Shown here one piece after another: positions 19,397-29,692 of a stretch of DNA of 64,000 nt. Within the stretch, counting starts at the first letter, position 1, and every line of letters starts with the position of its first letter. The DNA comes from an uncultured Eubacteriales bacterium. Lineage in GTDB: Bacteria > Bacillota > Clostridia > Oscillospirales > CAG-272. The stretch is taken from the NCBI GenBank assembly GCA_948467545.1, contig CAOKER010000006.1:664-64663 (forward strand). Reading direction: 5' to 3'. A program made the translations under genes and the position numbers. The notes under the pieces were generated by a model, which saw only the letters and a list, made by a program, of their open reading frames with translations, did no database searches and had not been told where the DNA came from.

Positions 19397-20812
19397 TCAA
19401 CTGCAAATATGACCGTAAAGAGCATATGTTTCCGCTTTATCTACATATATATTAACCTTTTCTCCGGCAAGTGATTCCGGTCCCTCAAAATGGACAAGCC
19501 GATTGCGCTCATTTCTTCCTGTCAGCTTAGTCTTATCGGTCTTGCTTATCCCCTCTACAAGAACCTCAATTATCTTACCCTCATATGCAAGATTTTTTTC
19601 ATACGAAATTCGGTTCTGCAAATCCAGAAGCCTGGAAAAGCGTTCTTTTTTTATACTGTCGGAAATCTGACAGTCCATTTCCGCAGCTTTTGTTCCCTTT
19701 CGCGGAGAATATATAAACGAATAAATCGAATCAAACTGCACCCGTTCCAGCATTGAAAGCGTTTCCTCGAATTCAGACTCAGTCTCTCCGGGAAAACCGA
19801 CTATAATATCCGTGCTGAGTGATATGTCCGGGATTTTTTCGCGGAGACAGCTTACAGTACTAAAATAATCCTCGGCAGTATAACCGCGGTTCATCGCCCG
19901 TAAAACGCGGTTGCTTCCCGACTGAAGAGGAAGATGAAATTGACGAGCCATTTTATGATTTGCCGCAATCGTTTCAATAAGCTTCTTTGAAACATCTTTC
20001 GGATGACTCGTCATAAAACGTACGATAAAATCTCCCGGAACAGCGCATACATCGGAAAGCAAATCCGCAAAGTCGTATTTCCCGCCGTCCGCAGTATCGC
20101 GACCGTATGAGTTGACATTCTGACCTAAAAGAGTGATTTCCCTGTAACCGGACGCCGCCAAAGTCTCAACCTCTGCAAGAATATCCTCTCTGCCTCTGCT
20201 GCGTTCTCTTCCGCGCACATACGGAACAATACAGTAAGTACAGAAGTTATTGCAGCCGTACATTATACTTACCCACGCCTTAAAGCTGCTGAAACGGTGT
20301 ACCGGAAGCCCTTCCGCAATCGACGCTTCTCCCTCATTGCCGAGCAGTATTCTTTTTCCCGACGTAAGCGTTTTGTAAAGTATCTCCGGAAACCGATAAT
20401 TATCAAATGTACCGAATAGGAAATCTATATAAGGATATTTGTTTTTTATATCCAGTGTCCGATGCTCCTGGGAAACCATACAGCCGCAGATACCTATAAT
20501 CAAATCGGGATTCTTTTCTTTAATATGCTTGTACTGACCTGCGATTGAAAGCGTCTTAAGCTCAGCATGCTCTCTCACCGCGCAGGTATTCACAATAATC
20601 AAATCAGCCTGCTCAGGATCACCGGTCACAGTATATCCCATCGATTCCGCCATGCCGCAAAGCCTTTCACTGTCCGCTTCATTTTGCTGACATCCGAAAG
20701 TCTGCATAAATACAAATCTTTCCCGCCCGGTAATAAGATTTCTGACAAGCTCCATATATCTATACTGTTCGGCAAGCTGAGTCTCGGTTACTGCCGTCGA
20801 ATTTTTTTCCAT
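19397..20812 (-). CDS. miaB: tRNA-i6A37 methylthiotransferase
   Basis: TFGCQQN, NTCAVRE, GCNNFCTYC, C-terminal TRAM domain. Confidence 0.96.
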   Translation of the reverse strand: MEKNSTAVTETQLAEQYRYMELVRNLITGRERFVFMQTFGCQQNEADSERLCGMAESMGYTVTGDPEQADLIIVNTCAVREHAELKTLSIAGQYKHIKEKNPDLIIGICGCMVSQEHRTLDIKNKYPYIDFLFGTFDNYRFPEILYKTLTSGKRILLGNEGEASIAEGLPVHRFSSFKAWVSIMYGCNNFCTYCIVPYVRGRERSRGREDILAEVETLAASGYREITLLGQNVNSYGRDTADGGKYDFADLLSDVCAVPGDFIVRFMTSHPKDVSKKLIETIAANHKMARQFHLPLQSGSNRVLRAMNRGYTAEDYFSTVSCLREKIPDISLSTDIIVGFPGETESEFEETLSMLERVQFDSIYSFIYSPRKGTKAAEMDCQISDSIKKERFSRLLDLQNRISYEKNLAYEGKIIEVLVEGISKTDKTKLTGRNERNRLVHFEGPESLAGEKVNIYVDKAETYALYGHICS

Positions 20813-21212
20813 ATTTATAATCCAATCCGTGATATAAAAGCCAAATCTAAAAAATACCACTAAGTTATTAAAATAAACTTAAATAAACAAATTCTGACTG
20901 TAATAAATTAGTATATCTTAAACTTATTTTTATGACGAGAACAATGTGTGAATTAATTATTAAAGAGAACCCGTAAAATTCAGATATGCAAAAATAATAT
21001 TTTTTGTCATTTCTATATTTTGACAGATTTCTTGCTATATATGTACTATAATGATAAAAAAGAAAACAAAAGAAATGAGTATTTAAGATCTTCATGCCTT
21101 GTATAAAAGACATCCGTGTAAAATAAGCCGGCTAAACCGGCGCAATAAACGCATCGGATTAAGCCGCATAAGGCAGAATGATAATCGAATAATCGAAAGG
21201 ACGGTAACAAAA

Positions 21213-21545
21213 ATGGACGAAATTACATGCAGTACGGAATTTATAAACGGAACGCTGACAGTTCACATCGGCGGAGCCATAGATCACCATACCGCAAGAG
21301 AAGCACGAGAGACAGCGGACAAGGCAATAACCGACACAGGTACAAAAAAACTCGTTCTCGATTTGTCGGAGGTGGAATTCATGGACAGCGCAGGACTCGG
21401 ATTAATTCTCGGCAGATATACAAAGATGAGTGACGCCGGAGGCACAGTGACAGTAAAAAATCCTTCCAATGAAATACTCAGAATCATTAAGATGGCAGGG
21501 GTTGAAAAGCTTGTCTCAATTGAGCTGCAAAAAGCAAAACAGTAA
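21213..21545 (+). CDS. spoIIAA: Anti-anti-sigma F factor (STAS)
   Basis: GAIDHH, FMDSAGLGLILGRY; first gene of the spoIIA operon. Confidence 0.93.
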   Translation: MDEITCSTEFINGTLTVHIGGAIDHHTAREARETADKAITDTGTKKLVLDLSEVEFMDSAGLGLILGRYTKMSDAGGTVTVKNPSNEILRIIKMAGVEKLVSIELQKAKQ

Positions 21546-21587
21546 TTAATACAAGAATTAATACAAGAAAGGAATGTCAAACAAGCT

Positions 21588-22022
21588 ATGAATGCTAAAA
21601 TCACAAATACGATGAAGCTCGAATTCGACTCCGATTCACAAAACGAAAGCTTTGCGCGCAGCACCGTAAGCAACTTCGCGGCGAGACTTGATCCTACAAT
21701 CACAGAGCTCTCGGAAATACGAACCGCCGTATCGGAAGCCGTAACAAATTGCATAATACACGGGTACCGCGGTACAAAAGGGAAAATCACCGTTACCGTA
21801 ATGCTGTATTCGGACAGACATATAAAAATCAGAATAAAGGATAACGGATGCGGAATAAAAGACATAGAAAAAGCAAGAGAGCCTCTCTACACCTCAGATC
21901 CCTCGGGCGAACGCGGCGGAATGGGATTCTCGATTATGGAAAGCTTTACAAATAAAATGAAAGTAACATCAAAGGAAAATCAAGGTACTACCGTAACCTT
22001 GACAAAGCGTCTCAAATGGTGA
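21588..22022 (+). CDS. spoIIAB: Anti-sigma F factor
   Basis: NESFAR, TAVSEAVTNCIIHGY, GMGFSIMESF. Confidence 0.96.
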   Translation: MNAKITNTMKLEFDSDSQNESFARSTVSNFAARLDPTITELSEIRTAVSEAVTNCIIHGYRGTKGKITVTVMLYSDRHIKIRIKDNGCGIKDIEKAREPLYTSDPSGERGGMGFSIMESFTNKMKVTSKENQGTTVTLTKRLKW

Positions 22023-22837
22023 GAAGCTCCGATATGGTATCAGAAAAAAGCAAAACAGCTTTTCCGGAACAAAACACCGGAAAATCCGCTTCCGGAGAAA
22101 AGGAAATACCCGCCGAAGAAAACAGCAGAAAATCCGAAAACGAGAGGCTTCTCAGACTGATAAAAAACGGAGATAAATCTGCCGGCGACGAGCTTGTAAA
22201 AACAAATTTAGGTCTTGTTAAAAACATCGCTCTGAGATTTACAGGCCGAGGAACAGATTACGAGGACCTTGTACAAATCGGCACCGTCGGAATGTTAAAA
22301 GCAATTTCCAGCTTTGATTTTTCTTACGGAACGGTTTTCTCTACTTATGCAGTGCCGCTGATAATCGGCGAGATTAAACGGCATCTGCGCGATACCGGTC
22401 CGATTAAGATAAGCCGAGGTTTGAAACAGGCCGGTACAAATCTGATGCGCGAGCGCGAACGCTTCATAAATCTATACGGTAAGGAGCCGAGAATTTCAGA
22501 GCTCGCCGAAAAGTGCGGCATGACCGTGGAAGACGCGTCCGAAGCATTGGAAGCATGCGCATGTATCTCTTCGCTCAGTACACCGGTCGGAGATGAGGAC
22601 GGACTTACACTTGAAGGGACTATAGCCGATCCGACAGATTTGATATCGAACGCCGCAGATCATATCGCACTTTCCGAGGCAATCGGCACACTTCCTCCGA
22701 TGGAACGCAGAATCATCGTTCTCAGATACTATAAAAACATGTCTCAGGAACAAACAGGAAAACTGCTGGGAATTTCGCAGGTTAAGGTTTCGAGAGAGGA
22801 AAAGAAAATTATCGAGCGTCTCAGAAAAGAACTGTAA
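22016..22837 (+). CDS. sigF: Forespore sigma factor F
   Basis: NLGLV, FSTYAVPLIIGEIKRHLRD, SQVKVSREEKK; operon position. Confidence 0.93.
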   Translation: MVRSSDMVSEKSKTAFPEQNTGKSASGEKEIPAEENSRKSENERLLRLIKNGDKSAGDELVKTNLGLVKNIALRFTGRGTDYEDLVQIGTVGMLKAISSFDFSYGTVFSTYAVPLIIGEIKRHLRDTGPIKISRGLKQAGTNLMRERERFINLYGKEPRISELAEKCGMTVEDASEALEACACISSLSTPVGDEDGLTLEGTIADPTDLISNAADHIALSEAIGTLPPMERRIIVLRYYKNMSQEQTGKLLGISQVKVSREEKKIIERLRKEL

Positions 22838-22843
22838 ACAGCA

Positions 22844-22889
22844 GGCTGCTGCAAATGATTATAAATCGTCTGCAGCAGCCATATTTTTT
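22844..22889 (+). terminator. spoIIA operon terminator
   Basis: GGCTGCTGCA..TGCAGCAGCC followed by a T-rich tract. Confidence 0.65.
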
Positions 22890-23047
22890 ACTCCGATTAT
22901 ACTGCTTAAAATATAAAGCGTTATATCTTTCATATGGTAACCGCAAAAAAATATACACCGAATTTTAGCGGATTCAATATGAAGCATCCTGACTTACAGC
23001 GTCGGAAACACAGCATATCACATTAATAATTAGGATATAATCACAGC

Positions 23048-23926
23048 TTAAGACTCAGCATCCCAAACAGGCTCCGGCGCGCTGTAATGTACTCCACGGT
23101 TGTCGGTTTCATATCTTATCCATTGACGGTTTTCTTCCGGAATATATTGCTCTACAAACTCGACCATTTCCGTCGGATAATACGTGATAAATTGGTGTTT
23201 TCCCGAGTAATTTGAATACATGTATTCGTACACGTTTTCAAGAACTTCTTCGTAATTTTCAAAGTCCGTAACATTATATCCGCTGTCAGGATCGGTCACA
23301 AGCTCATAAAAATGGTAAAATGTATATACACCGCCATCGCAATAAAAATTATAAGGGCTTACGAATGATCGCATTGCCTCGCCAAGATTATCGTTAAAAA
23401 GCGCGTCTATAAAGTCTTGTGAAAACAAGTTATTATGCTCTTGTGAATAAAGTTCTACTTCCTCACGAGTAAGCGGCATTTCCCGTATCAAAAAATACAT
23501 AAGCGGGGGTTCATCCGGAGTTCTCCATAACTTGTCATAAGGATATACATCTTCAAATTTTGAAATAGCCTTTGATACATCTTGAATACGACAATTGTAA
23601 AAATTTCCATCCCCCGGTTTTGCGCCAATTACACGACAAGGATTTGAAAATTTTAATTTTAATTCATCAAAATTCTCTCCGCCTACAGCACTTATATCCG
23701 GTGGCTCTGAAAAAGACTCTGTATCAAAATTCATTTCATGAGCGGTTTCACCCTCCGTAACAGAATCAACGATCGTATCAATTACAGCGGTATCTTCCGT
23801 AACAGAGTCAAAGGTCGTATCAATTACAGCAGTATCTTCCGTATCAATTGACGGGCCGGAATAGGAACACGAAAAAAGAATAGCTGAACATATAGCCGTT
23901 ATTACTATATAAATATACTTTTTCAT
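23048..23926 (-). CDS. Hypothetical acidic lipoprotein
   Basis: MKK plus hydrophobic stretch plus lipobox-like LFSC (Cys20); T/D/E-rich tether with a 42-bp duplication (23754-23837); no recognised domain. Confidence 0.75.
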   Translation of the reverse strand: MKKYIYIVITAICSAILFSCSYSGPSIDTEDTAVIDTTFDSVTEDTAVIDTIVDSVTEGETAHEMNFDTESFSEPPDISAVGGENFDELKLKFSNPCRVIGAKPGDGNFYNCRIQDVSKAISKFEDVYPYDKLWRTPDEPPLMYFLIREMPLTREEVELYSQEHNNLFSQDFIDALFNDNLGEAMRSFVSPYNFYCDGGVYTFYHFYELVTDPDSGYNVTDFENYEEVLENVYEYMYSNYSGKHQFITYYPTEMVEFVEQYIPEENRQWIRYETDNRGVHYSAPEPVWDAES

Positions 23927-23999
23927 AATAATTCCTTTCTAAAAAAACAAACATGCTCATTCTTCAAATTCACTTCATTCTGTTCTTTTGTGCTTTGCT

Positions 24000-26054
24000 T
24001 CAATATTGAGTGAAAATCAAACCTATATCGTTTACACAATACAGCGCGAGAGGATCGAACGTATTCCATGCATAACGAGTAGAATACCCCCCGTTATCAA
24101 GAAATACATTGCTCCCGTCGGTTATAAGCGCCATATGAAGATGATAAGAACCCGATGAACCGGTATCCCCTGTCCTGCCTATCAATTCTCCTTTTGATAT
24201 CTGATATGCAGAAGAAGATAAATTTGGGTTTGTCGAACTAACGCTTTCCGCTAAATGCTGATAAAGAATCCTAAGCTTTGTATTTGAATTATACACATAT
24301 GCATCGGTTTCAATCACTGCATAATATCCACAGCCAAACGACGGATCATAGTCATGTTTAACACATCGTCCGGACGAAACAGAATACAGCGCTGTTCTGT
24401 TTGCAGCAGGAATATCAATAGCGCTGTGAAAAGTATACGAGCCGAGATCCCTGTATCCGTATGCAGACGACACCCTCTTCGGTGCTACAGGCCAGGAAAA
24501 ACCGAGAGACTGGTAGTATTCCTCCGCACGGTTATAATCGTAGTCGTATTCAATATACCACTGCTGAGATTCCGCGCCCGTATCCGGTTTAAGAACAACA
24601 TTCTCACCGGAGTAATCCATAACATATCCCGGATTATCCCGAAAAGATATTTTATACGCACTGTTCGGATCTGTATTTGAATGATATTCCGGAACCGCAT
24701 AAAATACCAGATGCTCTTCGCTCGCCCCATTATTAGTATATGTCCATACACTGTTGCCGTTTCCTATTCCTCCGCGAACGTCAAGTACCACCCCGTAGCC
24801 GTTATAGCTGCAAGTAGGCGAAGCAGTGTAATATCTGCCGGAGCTGTTATAGGTCAGTCTGAATTGCTGAGCATTGCTCGACTGATATTCTTCTTTTAGC
24901 TTTATCTGCTGACCGCTTGCATTAAGACTTCTTTCCACTGTCATATATAAACCGTTTGCTTTATTTCTAAACTTGAATATCTGTTCGGGAACCGGTTCCA
25001 GATACCACTCCTGAAATGCCGAATTTCCGAGCGCCGCAAGATTAACTCTTGCATTGCTTGCCGTTGAAGAATTTTCAATACTCAATGCAAGATTAAGATT
25101 TCTCGCCGGTGACAGCTTGTAGGTCCCGTTTTCCTGACGCTTTATTCTCCATGTCTGCTCGGACGCATATGACCACCCGTAAATTATCACCTGAGCGCCT
25201 GCGACACAGTTTGCCCTGCCGTCAAGCACCATATCGCCGCTTGAATATATACCGGCAGACACAAGATCCGTATGCAGTACATACATGTCTCCGCTGTCAT
25301 GAGATATCATCCAGTGTTCCGACGGATATTCTCCTTTAGGATATTGCTGCACCGGTGTTCCGTTTGCCGTACCGTTTCCGGATATATCAAGATACATTCC
25401 GCTGCCGCGGTTCCGCAGGCAATACCTCTGACCTACAATCGGATCAGTTTCCTCTATGTACCACTCCTGTTCGGCAGCTCCGTTTCTGATTGATGCAAGA
25501 ACAATTCCGGCATTTTGTAAAGTCGAAGCTTCGTGCACGGCAAGACATGCGGAGGAATTTCTTGCGGAAATAATTTTATATGCCCCGTTAGATAGCTTTT
25601 GAAGACTCCATGATTGCCTGGGACCGGATCCTTCCTTGTAAGAAAGTACAACGTCGCTTCCAACAGCCCCATTGTAGCTTGACTTAATAACCATGCTGTT
25701 TCCTGAAATCAGATTGCTTTCAAAAACATAGTATCCCATCGAATCAAAGCGCAGCGTCCATCTCAGAGACAGATAATCGCCTTCGGGATATTGCTGTATA
25801 GCCGTACCTTCTGCCGTACTGTTTCCGCGGACATCAAGATACATTCCGCTGCCGCGGTTTCTCAGACGATACGTTCGGCCGACATCATAGGTAGATATAG
25901 TGCTCATCGGCATAATCCCTGAATCGTATTCATTTTGGAATTCGGCATTTCCTGACGGTGAGGTGCCCTCCGTCCGTGCCGCTATCTCCAAAGGAAATGA
26001 CAGCACAACGACGGACAAGAAAAACGCGAGTACCTTAAGCCTTGTTTTTTTCAT
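24000..26054 (-). CDS. Secreted protein with three ricin-B-like lectin domains and a C-terminal M23 peptidase
   Basis: Signal peptide; repeated YxLRNRGSGMYLD and QxW motifs; M23 motifs HSAID (HxxxD), YQHL, GDTG, HLH; AAAGGAGG RBS. Confidence 0.85.
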   Translation of the reverse strand: MKKTRLKVLAFFLSVVVLSFPLEIAARTEGTSPSGNAEFQNEYDSGIMPMSTISTYDVGRTYRLRNRGSGMYLDVRGNSTAEGTAIQQYPEGDYLSLRWTLRFDSMGYYVFESNLISGNSMVIKSSYNGAVGSDVVLSYKEGSGPRQSWSLQKLSNGAYKIISARNSSACLAVHEASTLQNAGIVLASIRNGAAEQEWYIEETDPIVGQRYCLRNRGSGMYLDISGNGTANGTPVQQYPKGEYPSEHWMISHDSGDMYVLHTDLVSAGIYSSGDMVLDGRANCVAGAQVIIYGWSYASEQTWRIKRQENGTYKLSPARNLNLALSIENSSTASNARVNLAALGNSAFQEWYLEPVPEQIFKFRNKANGLYMTVERSLNASGQQIKLKEEYQSSNAQQFRLTYNSSGRYYTASPTCSYNGYGVVLDVRGGIGNGNSVWTYTNNGASEEHLVFYAVPEYHSNTDPNSAYKISFRDNPGYVMDYSGENVVLKPDTGAESQQWYIEYDYDYNRAEEYYQSLGFSWPVAPKRVSSAYGYRDLGSYTFHSAIDIPAANRTALYSVSSGRCVKHDYDPSFGCGYYAVIETDAYVYNSNTKLRILYQHLAESVSSTNPNLSSSAYQISKGELIGRTGDTGSSGSYHLHMALITDGSNVFLDNGGYSTRYAWNTFDPLALYCVNDIGLIFTQY

Positions 26055-26300
26055 GAAAAAACCTCCTTTTATTATGGGTCTAAGGTGTCTGTATTTCATC
26101 TTATATGGCTCTGAGATCCTCATAAGATGCCGTATACATCGCGGTGCCCGTATCATTTAACGCAGCAAGGGTATTTATTCAATTTTGTATATCATCGTAA
26201 AATATATGTTTTAATAAATTTCAAATACAGTCAAGAATTATCAGCAAACAAGGACTAAAATATCCGACATTCGGTTTGATTTGTAATATTTGTCATTTTT

Positions 26301-26329
26301 ATTATATACTTTTTTCGGTTTTGTGTCAA
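26301..26329 (-). promoter_or_regulatory. Consensus sigma-A promoter for the ricin/M23-lipoprotein pair
   Basis: TTGACA-N17-TATAAT on the minus strand. Confidence 0.75.
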
Positions 26330-26581
26330 TAGTTTTATTTAAAATTATATTTTTTTGTAACATTTTTAGCTGCGTAAAAATATATACACTATAACGCCAT
26401 GCGTATTAAAACAGTTCTGAAATAAAATTCTATAACCATGACATTCGTACATGACATTCGTATATATTGCAACAGAAGTACAGCTTTGACATTTTAACTC
26501 GGACTGCGCCTAAGCGGAAAACAACACGGACTGCAGACTGTATATCGAAGAAAAAATATATGATATAATAAGAAATAAAGC

Positions 26582-26610
26582 TTGACAACATCTTTTTTTT
26601 ATGGTATATT
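26582..26610 (+). promoter_or_regulatory. sigma-A promoter of rpmG-secE-nusG
   Basis: TTGACA-N17-TATATT with extended -10 TG. Confidence 0.7.
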
Positions 26611-26771
26611 ATAGATACCTCGGCGAGGTTTTTTTGTTGTGCGCTTTTTTCGCGCTGCGGCTTTCTGCGCCCGAGGGAGATATTATTATCGAAGGCGCTC
26701 CGGTCCGTTATGTAAATGACAAACACGCGTAGGGTTCCGAAGTGCCGCGAGGAAAGGAAAGGACAAGATAT

Positions 26772-26921
26772 ATGAGAGTCAAAGTTACCCTCGCATGCAG
26801 CGAATGCAAACAGCGCAATTACGACACTGCAAAAAACAAGAAAAACGATCCCGACAGAATTGAGATCAGTAAATACTGCCGCTTTTGCCGTAAGCATACT
26901 GTTCACAAAGAAACCAAGTAA
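26772..26921 (+). CDS. rpmG: 50S ribosomal protein L33 (zinc-binding C+ type)
   Basis: Below the ORF-track size cut-off; translated by hand as [33 protein letters not shown]. Confidence 0.97.
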   Translation: MRVKVTLACSECKQRNYDTAKNKKNDPDRIEISKYCRFCRKHTVHKETK

Positions 26922-26932
26922 GGAGGTTCCAG

Positions 26933-27238
26933 ATGTCTGATATCGAAAAAAAGGAATCAGAGACCAAGACTGCCGTAAGTTCGGAAAAAACAGATAAAAA
27001 ATCTGACAAGTCCGTGCAAAAGGCCGAAAAGGTCAAAAAAACTCCGCGAAGAGAACGCATCGCAAAGTCATTCCGCGAATATAAAAGTGAACTGAAAAAG
27101 ATCGTCTGGTACAGCCGTGAACAGACTTTTCACAGCACAATCGTTGTTCTCGTCAGCATTATCGCTTCTGCGGCGGTAATTGCGGTTGTGGACTTCAGTT
27201 TTTCACATCTTATTACGTGGCTCGGCTCACTTATATAA
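26933..27238 (+). CDS. secE: Preprotein translocase SecE
   Basis: KSELKKIVW plus one transmembrane segment; rpmG-secE-nusG synteny. Confidence 0.93.
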   Translation: MSDIEKKESETKTAVSSEKTDKKSDKSVQKAEKVKKTPRRERIAKSFREYKSELKKIVWYSREQTFHSTIVVLVSIIASAAVIAVVDFSFSHLITWLGSLI

Positions 27239-27251
27239 TCGGTGACAAACG

Positions 27252-27908
27252 ATGAGTGATTTCAGCGATTCAACCCCTGAAATAAGGTGGTATATTGCTC
27301 ATACCTATTCAGGATACGAGAACAAAGTTAAAGCAAATCTCGAAAAAATAATCGAGAACAGAGGTCTGCAGAACGTAATCGTCGACGTGAAAATTCCGGT
27401 GCGCATAATCGCAGAAGAACCCGAAGACGTTTCCGCCGTATCGGAAGATACCGAATCGGAGGATACTGAAATTGAAGACGATGAAACAAGCGAAGAAAGC
27501 AATGAAGCGGATATTGCAGAAAAAGCGGTTCCTCCCGCAAAAAAAATAACTGAGGAAAAGATTTTCCCGTGTTATGTGTTTGTCAAAATGATAATGAACG
27601 ATGAAACATGGCATATAGTGCGTAATATACGCGGTGTAACCGGTTTTGTCGGCCCCGGTTCAAAACCGGTGCCGTTGTCGGAAGAAGAGGTTCTGGCAAT
27701 CGGTGAACTTGAAGAAAAGACAGTTATAAATCTGAATTATAAGGTCGGCGACAGCGTAAAAATCATTTCGGGATTTCTCAAGGATTTCGTCGGAGTTGTT
27801 GAAGACATTTCCGAGGATAAAAAGAAAATCAAGGTTCTTGCGTCGATGTTCGGACGAGATACCCCGGTTGAGCTCGATTCCAATGAGGTAGCTCCGCTCG
27901 AAAACTGA
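27252..27908 (+). CDS. nusG: Transcription factor NusG (with acidic insertion)
   Basis: WYIAHTYSGYENKV, VRNIRGVTGFVG, KOW motif, MFGRDTPVEL. Confidence 0.97.
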   Translation: MSDFSDSTPEIRWYIAHTYSGYENKVKANLEKIIENRGLQNVIVDVKIPVRIIAEEPEDVSAVSEDTESEDTEIEDDETSEESNEADIAEKAVPPAKKITEEKIFPCYVFVKMIMNDETWHIVRNIRGVTGFVGPGSKPVPLSEEEVLAIGELEEKTVINLNYKVGDSVKIISGFLKDFVGVVEDISEDKKKIKVLASMFGRDTPVELDSNEVAPLEN

Positions 27909-28005
27909 TTCGAACTGATTCCAACTGATTCGAACTGATTCATAACTGATTAGGAACTAATTCGAAAATGATTCGGAACTGATTCGAAATTAATTCGGAA
28001 TTAAT
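27904..28005 (+). repeat. Drifting 10-11-bp tandem array (TTCGAACTGA, about 9 units) starting at the nusG stop
   Basis: ctcgaaaacTGA ttcgaactga ttccaactga ttcgaactga ttcataactga ttaggaactaa ttcgaaaatga ttcggaactga ttcgaaattaa ttcggaattaa. Confidence 0.9.
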
Positions 28006-28087
28006 TAGATTGTCATTCGTACGCTTTCCTGCCGTAACCGGCATGTGAAATGCGTTTCCGCCGTTTCCTCTCAATCAGGATTCGGCA

Positions 28088-28165
28088 CGTGGGAGGGAGA
28101 AAATTTTTAATCTCCCGTTTTACTATGCGGCAGCTGCCGTAAAACCGTTTATACGGTTTACCACG
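28088..28165 (+). promoter_or_regulatory. Probable L1-binding autoregulatory leader of rplK-rplA
   Basis: CGTGGGAG-GGGAGA..TCTCCC..ACCACG just before the RBS, the shape typical of Firmicute rplK leaders. Confidence 0.55.
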
Positions 28166-28186
28166 ATTTCGGAGGTGTAATTTAAA

Positions 28187-28612
28187 ATGGCAAAAAAAGT
28201 ACAAGGTTATATAAAACTCCAGCTTAACGCCGGAAAAGCTACTCCGCAGCCCCCTGTCGGTCCTGCTCTGGGTCAGTATGGCGTAAGCATTGCAAACTTC
28301 ACAAAAGAATTCAACGAACGCACAAAAAATCAAATAGGTCTCATTATCCCTGTTGTTATAACAGTTTATGCCGACCGCTCGTTCACATTCATTACCAAGA
28401 CTCCGCCTGCTCCTGTTCTTATTAAAAAGGCTTGCGGTATCGAAACAGCGTCCGCAAGACCTCAGGCCGACAAGGTTGCCAAACTTACAAAGGAACAGCT
28501 CAAGCAGATAGCAGAAACCAAAATGCCTGATCTTAATGCAGCTTCGCTTGAAGCAGCTATGAGTATGATCGCCGGAACAGCTCGCAGCATGGGCGTTACC
28601 GTCGAAGAATAA
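28187..28612 (+). CDS. rplK: 50S ribosomal protein L11
   Basis: [28 protein letters not shown]. Confidence 0.99.
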   Translation: MAKKVQGYIKLQLNAGKATPQPPVGPALGQYGVSIANFTKEFNERTKNQIGLIIPVVITVYADRSFTFITKTPPAPVLIKKACGIETASARPQADKVAKLTKEQLKQIAETKMPDLNAASLEAAMSMIAGTARSMGVTVEE

Positions 28613-28631
28613 GCGAAGGAGGATTAAGATA

Positions 28632-29324
28632 ATGAATAAGGGTAAAAGATACAGTGAAAGCGTAAAGCTTATCGACAAAGCTACTATATATGAGCCGGCA
28701 GAGGCTCTTGATCTTGTCTGCAAAACCGCCCGTGCAAAGTTCGATGAAACAATTGAAATTCATGTCCGTCTCGGCGTCGATTCCCGCCACGCAGATCAGC
28801 AGGTTCGCGGAGCCGTTGTACTTCCCAACGGAACAGGTAAAAACGTTCGTGTTCTCGCATTTTGCAAGGGAGATAACGCAGCTGCGGCACAGGCTGCGGG
28901 AGCTGACTATGTAGGAGCGGAAGAATATGCCGAGAAAATTCAAAAAGAAAACTGGTTTGATTTTGATGTCATTATAGCTACCCCCGACATGATGGGAGTT
29001 ATCGGACGTCTCGGTAAAATTCTCGGTCCCAAGGGCCTCATGCCTAATCCTAAAGCCGGAACGGTAACAACAGACGTTGCCCGTGCAGTAAATGACGCCA
29101 AGGCCGGTAAAATTGAGTACCGACTCGACAAGACCAACATAATTCACTGCATAATCGGCAAAGCCTCTTTCGGCGTCGAAAAGTTGGGTGAAAACTTTGA
29201 AGCGCTCCTCGGAGCCATAATCAAGGCTAAACCGGCAGCTTCAAAAGGCCAGTATATTCGCAGCTGCGTAGTCGCTTCTACAATGGGCCCCGGTATAAGA
29301 GTCAACACATCAAAAATCGGCTGA
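28632..29324 (+). CDS. rplA: 50S ribosomal protein L1
   Basis: [31 protein letters not shown]. Confidence 0.99.
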   Translation: MNKGKRYSESVKLIDKATIYEPAEALDLVCKTARAKFDETIEIHVRLGVDSRHADQQVRGAVVLPNGTGKNVRVLAFCKGDNAAAAQAAGADYVGAEEYAEKIQKENWFDFDVIIATPDMMGVIGRLGKILGPKGLMPNPKAGTVTTDVARAVNDAKAGKIEYRLDKTNIIHCIIGKASFGVEKLGENFEALLGAIIKAKPAASKGQYIRSCVVASTMGPGIRVNTSKIG

Positions 29325-29692
29325 TCTCCTATAAAAATCAGCTGTTATTAAAAGCAAGGCATCCTCTCGCCTCTAAGGCTAAGACGGGTTTCTTCGGATT
29401 TTTTAAGCGGCAACACGGTCTGCCATAGAATCTCCATGAGGATGTTTTACGCTTATTTAATAAAAAATCATGTCGGAACAAAACCCGGACATAATCATTT
29501 TATATAAATAATATTGGCAGGATTTTGCCGGGAGCGCAGCCGTGAAAAACCGCGGCTATACGTTATCTGCTGAATCCTGCCATACTTATTTTGAAAGCTC
29601 ATATCATAAATTTAAAACTGTATACCATACTATAAAACACATATGCCATCATATCCCCTGCAAAATATGTCTGCGGCATCTGTAAAAGGAGC

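Noticed and set aside
25386-25859. Internal repeat of the ricin gene as a DGR template/variable pair
   Set aside because: A short in-frame domain duplication; no adenine-specific variation and no reverse transcriptase in the window.
29325-29690. L10 leader or rplJ after rplA
   Set aside because: No recognisable L10-leader motif and no rplJ coding remnant.
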